From NCBI GenBank assembly GCA_018304105.1, contig JAGVWX010000019.1:1411-65410 (forward strand): DNA of 64,000 bases, read 5' to 3'. Positions 35,744-41,727 of the stretch are shown one piece after another. Position numbers and translations under genes: made by a program. The DNA comes from Candidatus Pacearchaeota archaeon. Its GTDB lineage: Archaea > Nanobdellota > Nanobdellia > Pacearchaeales > GW2011-AR1. Each line of letters begins with the position of its first letter. The stretch's first letter is position 1. The notes under the pieces were generated by a model that saw only the letters and a list, made by a program, of their open reading frames with translations, searched no databases and was not told the DNA's origin.

Positions 35744-35929
35744 CTACCTCTTTTGTCTCCATTTCATTATTTCGTCTTCGCCTTTCCACGAACCGCTTTT
35801 TTTACTGAGCGCATTTTGGGCGCTTACAGCCCTTGTCAGATTATTTTTCTTTCTCAATCGCCCGGCTACCAAAATCTCTATTTTATTTTTTAAGAGGCGC
35901 AATTCTTTGCCATTTATTTCCTGTTCCAT
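35744..35929 (-). CDS. VapB-like antitoxin candidate
   Basis: 61-aa basic protein immediately upstream of the PIN gene on the same strand. The SGSWKGEDEI motif is typical of small archaeal antitoxins. Confidence 0.5.
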   Translation of the reverse strand: MEQEINGKELRLLKNKIEILVAGRLRKKNNLTRAVSAQNALSKKSGSWKGEDEIMKWRQKR

Positions 35930-36017
35930 TGCTTGCTAACAGCATCATCGCATATAAATTTTTGGTTATCTTAGTTTTGCTTGGATATTACGATGTTGAA
36001 GTTGTTGCCCCTTAAGG

Positions 36018-36116
36018 AAACTCTCCCCTAAACCCTTAATCTCAACAGCAGTTCTCATCTCAAATGGGACGGACGCCAATTTAGTTCTGGTTAGCTCTGG
36101 TTAGTTCTGCTGGCTG
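36018..36116. repeat. cassette-boundary element, copy R2
   Basis: Near-identical to 33814-33910. Confidence 0.9.
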
Positions 36117-36167
36117 CGTTTGGCTTGTGAACGAAACAATTAAAAGCATTTGAAAGCAAACTATTGT

Positions 36168-36383
36168 ATGGCTGCTAGTGTATCTCCTTCGGAAATGAAT
36201 TATGAGTTTTATGTAGAAAGTGATATGAGCAAATACATCGGAGAATGGGTTGCGATTTTTGAGGGGAAAGTAATTGCTCACGGAAAAAATATAAAATTGG
36301 TTGCTGAAGAAGCAACAGCCTTAGCGAAAGGAAGAAAAGTCTTGTTTGCTCGCGTGCCAGATAAAGCAGCGATGATATTTTAG
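36168..36383 (+). CDS. DUF5678-like small protein
   Basis: 71 aa from the ATG at 36168 (TATA caattaaaag ~25 nt upstream). YIGEWVAIFEGKVIAHGKNIKLVAEEA...ARVP matches my recollection of DUF5678. Confidence 0.6.
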   Translation: MAASVSPSEMNYEFYVESDMSKYIGEWVAIFEGKVIAHGKNIKLVAEEATALAKGRKVLFARVPDKAAMIF

Positions 36384-36384
36384 A

Positions 36385-36813
36385 ATGACTATCACGTTTA
36401 AGTATAAGAGAATAAGACGACCTGACAATTCAGAGATTAAGACGCCTTCTATTTTAGTAACTTTTGGTGGAGCCGGAGCAAAATACGACTTTATGGTCCT
36501 TGTTGATTCTGGTGCAGATGTTTCGGTTATTCCGAAATCCATAGCGGAATTACTTGGACTGAACTTGGCGGGAGAGGAAGAAGAGGCGTCTGGAATAGGC
36601 GGTGTTGTCCCTGCGGTAGAAAGCAGTGTGCAGATAGAAATACATAAAGGGCATGAACATTATTCTTTTGTCCTTCCTGTTAAAGTTATCCTTGACGACA
36701 GCGATTTTCCAATTCTTCTGGGAAGGGAAGGATTTTTTGATAAATTTGTTGTAACATTCAATCAGTCAGAAGAGAAATTAATTTTAAAGAGAGTTCAAGA
36801 GGGCAGTTATTAA
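36385..36813 (+). CDS. retropepsin-like (clan AA) aspartic protease
   Basis: 142 aa. FMVLVDSGADVSVIP contains the D-S/T-G-A catalytic motif. ILLGREGFF is a flap/dimer-type C-terminal motif. Starts 1 nt after the DUF5678-like stop. Confidence 0.75.
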   Translation: MTITFKYKRIRRPDNSEIKTPSILVTFGGAGAKYDFMVLVDSGADVSVIPKSIAELLGLNLAGEEEEASGIGGVVPAVESSVQIEIHKGHEHYSFVLPVKVILDDSDFPILLGREGFFDKFVVTFNQSEEKLILKRVQEGSY

Positions 36814-36888
36814 GCCGATTATCTGTTGAAATTCTTTGGCAGTTTTCTCTTGAGTTTATTCTTCTTTGAGGTCTCGGAACAGAAAATG

Positions 36889-37079
36889 AAACTCTCCCCT
36901 AAACCCTTAATCTCAACAGCAGTTCTCATCTCAAATGGGACGGACGCCAATTTAGCTCTGGTTAGTTTTGCTGGTCTTGCTCGCTTTGCTTGTTAATTGC
37001 CTTACTTGCTTTGTCGTGCTTGTTTTGCTGGCTGTGTTGTGATTTGCTGACGATGTGAGGGGTTTGTGAACGGCTATGG
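36889..37079. repeat. cassette-boundary element, copy R3, plus phased array
   Basis: Core near-identical to R1, followed by ctctggttagttttgctggtcttgctcgctttgcttg...gatttgctgacgatgtgaggggtttgtgaacgg. Confidence 0.9.
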
Positions 37080-37096
37080 GAAAGAGTTTAAATAAT
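37080..37096 (+). promoter_or_regulatory. BRE/TATA promoter variant (gaaagagtttaaataat)
   Basis: 19 nt to the ATG at 37116. Confidence 0.55.
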
Positions 37097-37115
37097 ATAC
37101 ACGACTGGATAAAAC

Positions 37116-37334
37116 ATGGAGAGAATTGTAATAAACAATGAAGTCTTGGCAGGGAAGCCCATAGTGAAGGGAACAAGAATATCTGTAGAATTTATATTGG
37201 AAATGCTGTCTTCAGGAATGAGTATCGAGAGGATTTTGGAAGAATACCCTCATCTGAAGAGGGAAGATATATTGGCCGCTTTGGAATATGCAGCAAGGAT
37301 TTTTAAAAGAGAAGAATTTTACAGACTTCAATAA
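37116..37334 (+). CDS. DUF433-like antitoxin candidate
   Basis: 72 aa. LAGKPIVKGTRISVEFILEMLSSGMSIERILEEYPHLKREDILAALEYA is the characteristic DUF433 pattern. Confidence 0.75.
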   Translation: MERIVINNEVLAGKPIVKGTRISVEFILEMLSSGMSIERILEEYPHLKREDILAALEYAARIFKREEFYRLQ

Positions 37335-37335
37335 A

Positions 37336-37692
37336 ATGAAATTCCTTACTGATGAAAATGTGGCAGTTTCCGTCGTTGGATTCTTAAGGCAAGAAGGATT
37401 TGATGTGAAAGACGTAAAGGAAGAGTTGTTGCATGGCTCTCCAGATAGAGAAATTTTCGAGCTTGCAAAGAAAGAAAATAGAGTTGTTCTAACGCATGAC
37501 AAAGATTTCTTGGAGATTGTAAAGAATTACACTTCTGATTTTGAGGGGATTATTTTAATAAAGTGCAAAAAACAAAGTCCAGAAAACGTTATCGCAACTT
37601 TAAGCAAACTCATAGACTCTGAGGCAATTAAAAAAATTAAAAATAGTCTGTTTATTTTGAATGAAGAAGAATTAGTAATAATTAGAAAATGA
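37336..37692 (+). CDS. DUF5615-like (PIN-like/Mut7-C type) toxin candidate
   Basis: 118 aa from the ATG at 37336 (MKFLTDENV...LTHDKDF). Typical partner of DUF433. The listed upstream start overlaps the DUF433 gene and is rejected. Confidence 0.7.
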   Translation: MKFLTDENVAVSVVGFLRQEGFDVKDVKEELLHGSPDREIFELAKKENRVVLTHDKDFLEIVKNYTSDFEGIILIKCKKQSPENVIATLSKLIDSEAIKKIKNSLFILNEEELVIIRK

Positions 37693-37790
37693 AACTCTCC
37701 CCTAAACAAATCATCTCAACAGCAGTTCTTATCTCAAATGGGACGGACGCCAATTTAGTTCTGGTTAGTTCTGGTTAGTTCTGCTGGCTG
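37692..37790. repeat. cassette-boundary element, copy R4
   Basis: aaactctcccctaaacaaatcatctcaacagcagttcttatctcaaatgggacggacgccaatttagttctggttagttctggttagttctgctggctg. Begins at the stop codon of the preceding gene. Confidence 0.9.
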
Positions 37791-37927
37791 CGTTTGGATG
37801 GTACGTTTACAGACGCTGATTAACGCTTTGTTGAAAATCTGTCTTTTCTTGGCTGTTTGCTACTCACCAGCCACATTTAAAATCCTTGCCACCAAAATCT
37901 TTTAAACTTCAATAAACTGAACAAATT

Positions 37928-38839
37928 ATGGAAAAAGAGAAAGATGAAGTTGAAGACAGGAAAGAAGGTGACAGGGAAAATGACGAGGAAGACGGCACCC
38001 ATATTGCCATTTTTAATGGGAAACGCATAAGAAAGCGAATGGTGAATGGTGAATGGTTCTTTTCTATCGTAGACATTGTCGGAGTCTTAACTGAAAGTTC
38101 TCGCCCTAGAAAATATTGGTCTGATTTAAAATCTAAGTTAATAGACGAAGGTTCAGAGTTGTCCGCAAAAATCGGACAACTGAAATTTAAGTCTAGCGAT
38201 GAAAAAGATTATCTAACAGATTGTGCCAATACAGAAACTATTTTCAGAATAATTCAATCAATTCCTTCTAAAAAAGCAGAACCTTTCAAAAGATGGCTGG
38301 CAAGAGTTGGTTATGAAAGAATTCAAGAAATAGAGAATCCCGAGTTGGCACAAGAAAGAATGAAAAAATTGTATGAACTAAAAGGATATTCTAAAGACTG
38401 GATTGAGAAAAGATTGAGGGGAATTGCAGTTAGGCAGGAGCTTACAGATGAATGGAAAAATAGGGGGGTTAAAAAAGAAATAGAATTTGCTATTTTGACC
38501 AATGAAATAAGCAAGGCAACATTTGACAAGACTGTTGAAGAATACAGGAAATTCAAAAAGCTAAAACGCGAAAACCTGAGAGACCATATGGACGACTTGG
38601 AACTTATTTTTACTATGCTGGGGGAAGCAGCAACAACCAGAATTACTAAAACAAAAGATGTTCAAGGTTTTCCGGAAAATATAATCGCCGCAAAACAAGG
38701 CGGGGAAGTCGCAGGTAATGCACGAAGAGAATTAGAAGAAAAGACGGGAGAGAGTGTTTTATTAGAAGATAATTACTTAGACATTCCGGAAAAGCTAAAG
38801 AAAAAGAGGAAAAAGCTAATAGAAAACTTAAATGGTTGA
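37928..38839 (+). CDS. Bro-N domain protein, DNA-damage-inducible protein D (DinD)-like
   Basis: 303 aa. GEWFFSIVDIVGVLTES..PRKYWSDLKSKL, PSKKAEPFKRWLARVGYERIQE, GYSKDWIEKRL, NLRDHM. This pattern matches Bro-N/DinD-like proteins. Confidence 0.7.
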   Translation: MEKEKDEVEDRKEGDRENDEEDGTHIAIFNGKRIRKRMVNGEWFFSIVDIVGVLTESSRPRKYWSDLKSKLIDEGSELSAKIGQLKFKSSDEKDYLTDCANTETIFRIIQSIPSKKAEPFKRWLARVGYERIQEIENPELAQERMKKLYELKGYSKDWIEKRLRGIAVRQELTDEWKNRGVKKEIEFAILTNEISKATFDKTVEEYRKFKKLKRENLRDHMDDLELIFTMLGEAATTRITKTKDVQGFPENIIAAKQGGEVAGNARRELEEKTGESVLLEDNYLDIPEKLKKKRKKLIENLNG

Positions 38840-38957
38840 AACTGGCTTTAGTAATCAACAAAGCCGGATTTGCTGAAATGGGATGCATTTGCGACGCTGG
38901 AACTGCAACACTAGAACTTGCGATATAACGATGTGAATGACTTATGAACGAAGGGAA

Positions 38958-38973
38958 CGAAAAACATAAATAG
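38958..38973 (+). promoter_or_regulatory. BRE/TATA promoter variant (cgaaaaacataaatag)
   Basis: Identical to 34061-34076. 20 nt to the ATG at 38994. Preceded by gatgtgaatgacttatgaacgaaggg repeats. Confidence 0.55.
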
Positions 38974-38993
38974 TCTAAATTGCTGAGTAAAAG

Positions 38994-39251
38994 ATGGAAA
39001 AGAAAATTGAATTGGATATTGTAATTTATCCAGAGGGCAAGGGAAAAGATAAAGTTTACAGCATAAGCTCTGTTCAGGTACCTAATGTTGTAACGCAAGG
39101 AGATACAATCGAAGAGGCAATAAGCAGGTTAAGAGAAGCTTTAGAATTATACTTTGAGTCTGTTCCCTATGAAAAAGATAATTTGATAAAAATAACGGAA
39201 GATGAACAAGAGGGCTGTAATAACCCGATGATTAGCAGGATCTTTCTTTAA
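38994..39251 (+). CDS. hicB: HicB-like antitoxin
   Basis: 85 aa. VVTQGDTIEEAISRLREALELYFE. The C-terminus NPMISRIFL is paralogous to 25920..26183. Confidence 0.7.
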   Translation: MEKKIELDIVIYPEGKGKDKVYSISSVQVPNVVTQGDTIEEAISRLREALELYFESVPYEKDNLIKITEDEQEGCNNPMISRIFL

Positions 39252-39496
39252 TATCTTAGTAATTCATTTAACTCTTTTAAAATTTCTTCGTTTATTCCAG
39301 CTTCCCTGCAATTGCGGATTAAATTTTGTCTAACTATATTTGATGGTTGTTTTACATTGACTAAAATGATTGGTCGTTTCAAAGGAGGATTTCGATTGAG
39401 CTTAATATGATCGCCCCTCATGTGTTCAACATAGAATCCCTGTTTCTCCAAAATAGAAATCACTTTACTTATTATCGGTTTGAAATTATACTTCAT
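39248..39496 (-). CDS. hicA: HicA-like toxin, convergent with hicB
   Basis: 82 aa from the ATG at 39496 (TATA agtttataat ~22 nt upstream). VISILEKQGFYVEHMRGDHIKL resembles the HicA pattern. TTAA stop-stop overlap at 39248-39251. Confidence 0.65.
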   Translation of the reverse strand: MKYNFKPIISKVISILEKQGFYVEHMRGDHIKLNRNPPLKRPIILVNVKQPSNIVRQNLIRNCREAGINEEILKELNELLRY

Positions 39497-39559
39497 CTTT
39501 TTATTACTCAGAGGACGATTATAAACTTTTTCTATAATTTTTTGTAGTTGCAACCCTCG

Positions 39560-39706
39560 TATTTTTTATTCCCGCATTAAATCGTCAATCATCTCAGCAC
39601 TCGTCCTCATCTCCTAAGCTCTTCACTTCAACAGCAGTTATTATCCCAAATTGGACGCCAATTTAATTCTGGTTAGCTCTGGTTAGTTCTGCTTGGCTAT
39701 TACGGA
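39560..39706. repeat. cassette-boundary element, diverged copy R5
   Basis: ...cttcaacagcagttattatcccaaattggacgccaatttaattctggttagctctggttagttctgcttggc. Contains the perfect palindrome aaattgg-acg-ccaattt. Confidence 0.8.
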
Positions 39707-39774
39707 TAGATACAATCATCGAGGGATTTTGCTCATTTCATTTGCGTGTGAGAAAACGAGGAGAACGGCGAGGG

Positions 39775-39791
39775 CGAAAGGGTTAAATAAT
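39775..39791 (+). promoter_or_regulatory. consensus BRE/TATA promoter (cgaaagggttaaataat)
   Basis: Identical 17-mer at 24010 and 35046. 20 nt to the ATG at 39811. Confidence 0.6.
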
Positions 39792-39810
39792 CTTCATCAT
39801 CAATATAATC

Positions 39811-40158
39811 ATGAGTAGCAGGTTTTATTATGATGCTGATACGGATGATGTTATCATCTCGAATAAGCTGGACGATGAAAAAGTGAAAAAGAACTATATT
39901 TTTGATGATTTTGTTATTAGTGTTGCTGGAAGCGGGAAGATTGTTGGATTAGAGATAAGGGATGTTTCCAAGTTTCTTAAGGATTCTGGTTTAGACCTGG
40001 GCTTTTTCAAGGATATAAAAGAAGTTGAGTTAGTAATTGTTCCTAAAAGAGATTCTATCGGAATCTATATTTATCTGACAATCTTTTGCAAAGAGGGGAC
40101 TTTTGAGAGAAGGATTCCCATTACTCACCTACCTGCAGAAATTGTAGCCAGCAATTAA
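39811..40158 (+). CDS. DUF2283-like small protein
   Basis: 115 aa. FYYDADTDDVIISNK...IVGLEIRDVSKFL. Paralog of 34097..34438. Confidence 0.65.
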   Translation: MSSRFYYDADTDDVIISNKLDDEKVKKNYIFDDFVISVAGSGKIVGLEIRDVSKFLKDSGLDLGFFKDIKEVELVIVPKRDSIGIYIYLTIFCKEGTFERRIPITHLPAEIVASN

Positions 40159-40439
40159 ATCATCTTCTTCCAATATCTTTTTGCCACTGCTTTTGCAAAA
40201 TTCTTGAAGTTCTTTTCTGCGGCAAAAGCATTTATCAATTCTGGCGGCTTTTTGTCTAGATTAATGGCATAGACGAGATAAGTTCCATCTTCCTTTTCAT
40301 AATGGAAATCGTAATTGTTGTATCCAGACGGCCTTTTCCTGTAAAAAATCATCTTTATTTTTTCAAACTTTGGAAAATAATTTCTTAGTTCGTCTTCGTT
40401 CGTGTTTTTTTCTGCAACGGAAACTTCATAATACTGTTT
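40155..40439 (-). pseudogene. 5'-truncated copy of the convergent DUF2283 partner
   Basis: The reading frame extends upstream of the listed Met to a stop at 40440-40442 with no start codon. The extension (KQYYEVSVAEKNTNEDELRNYFPKFEK) aligns with residues ~28-55 of 34435..34770. The shared promoter block ttataaattttccctataaaa is still present at 40487-40507. Confidence 0.6.
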
Positions 40440-40575
40440 CTATTGTTTCCTCTGTTCTCATTTTTATCTGACGATTTTAAATATTATAAATTTTCCCTAT
40501 AAAATAATTATAGTTACTTTAGTTAAGGCCCTTGATTTTGCGAAGTTTTAAAAACCATTTTATTTCAGTAGTAAC

Positions 40576-41727
40576 ATGGCAAGGGTCAAACAACTTATTT
40601 CAGTTGGAATTATCCTGGTTTTTCTAGCATGGCTTGGATACTACGGCTATGCTCACAGAAGTGATTTTGCTGAATTGACACTCGTAAGTCCGTGGCTGAT
40701 TATTGTTTTGGTATTGGGAACGCTGGTTTCGTATCTGGCTATAAGCTACTTGAATAACGTCCTCATGCAATCATTCGGCGTGTACATGAAAATGGGCGAG
40801 AGCTTCATGCTGTCGGTTGTGACGGGCTTCTACAACTTGATAACGCCATTCCGAGGGGGAATGGCGGTACGGGCGGTGTATTTGAAAAAGAGATATAGCT
40901 TTGCGTATGTGAACTTTCTTGCTTCGCTTTCTGCGGTTTATGTTCTGACTTTCCTTGTTGCCTCGCTTCTTGGAATTGTCTCAACGGTTTGGATTTATTA
41001 TCAAACTGGAATGTTCTCTTGGATACTCTTTGTGATATTTGATGTTGTGTTTATTGGAATGGTTGGAATTATATTTGTGTCGCCGAAGTTTAAGGAATAT
41101 GATATTAACCCACCCTCCTCGCGGTCACGCTCGCAAGTTGTAGATAAAATTCACTCGCGTGACACGCTCGCCCACCCAGACGGAAAATATAGCACCAATA
41201 ATTATAACGCCAGAAATTACAACGCAAATCTTAAGAGCAGGGGCAGAAGAGATAATGGGAATGGAGATGATAATGGAAATAGCAATTGGAAAACGGGCTT
41301 GAGAAAATGGCTGAACAGATTTATTAAAGTTATTAATGGATGGCATTTGATTAAGAAGAACGGGAGAGTGATTTTAGTTACTAGCTTTGTGACGCTTGTG
41401 CAAATCTTGCTTGGAAGTTTGATGCTCTGGTTTCAGTTTAAAGTTTTTGGTGTGGATATATCGTTCATGGCTGCGATATTTTTGTCTGCGATTGGTTCGT
41501 TAAGCATTTTGATTGGACTAACTCCCGGGAATCTTGGAGTTCAGGAAGCGATTACTGTTTTCTCGGCTGCGACGATTGGAATTTCAACTACTGAATCGCT
41601 TTCTGCTGTTTTGCTTGGTCGCGCGGTTGGCTTGGTTGTGCTTTTTGTTCTTGGGCCGATATTTTCTTATGTTCTTATGAGAAGCAAAAAGAAAGGAGAT
41701 GTGAAAAATGTCAGACGAAAGAAGTAA
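40576..41727 (+). CDS. UPF0104/flippase-like (lysylphosphatidylglycerol synthase TM region-like) membrane protein carrying an in-frame repeat insertion
   Basis: 383 aa, about 8 TM helices. RGGMAVRAVYLKKRY and LTPGNLGVQEA motifs. The central loop, encoded at about 41104-41300, is made of dispersed-repeat sequence. Confidence 0.65.
   Translation: MARVKQLISVGIILVFLAWLGYYGYAHRSDFAELTLVSPWLIIVLVLGTLVSYLAISYLNNVLMQSFGVYMKMGESFMLSVVTGFYNLITPFRGGMAVRAVYLKKRYSFAYVNFLASLSAVYVLTFLVASLLGIVSTVWIYYQTGMFSWILFVIFDVVFIGMVGIIFVSPKFKEYDINPPSSRSRSQVVDKIHSRDTLAHPDGKYSTNNYNARNYNANLKSRGRRDNGNGDDNGNSNWKTGLRKWLNRFIKVINGWHLIKKNGRVILVTSFVTLVQILLGSLMLWFQFKVFGVDISFMAAIFLSAIGSLSILIGLTPGNLGVQEAITVFSAATIGISTTESLSAVLLGRAVGLVVLFVLGPIFSYVLMRSKKKGDVKNVRRKK

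Noticed and set aside
35688-36015. Plus-strand ORFs 35688..35939 and 35833..36015.
   Set aside because: They are antisense to the VapB-like gene and its promoter and are hydrophobic nonsense typical of AT-rich antisense frames.
33877-37176. Minus-strand ORFs 33877..34317, 36081..36281 and 36952..37176.
   Set aside because: They are read-throughs of the repeat elements and phased arrays (recurrent ...QPAELTRANQN ends) and overlap real promoters and genes. These are composition artefacts.
33814-39706. The recurring ~100-bp elements might be a CRISPR array.
   Set aside because: Spacing is irregular (0.8-2.2 kb). The intervals contain promoters and complete genes. The repeats are much longer than CRISPR repeats, and no cas genes are present.
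33814-40520. Calling the cassette array a classical integron.
   Set aside because: No intI-type recombinase or attI is in the window. Cassettes carry their own promoters. I could not identify R''/L''/L'/R' boxes (GTTRRRY) in the element by eye. Kept only as an analogy in the findings.
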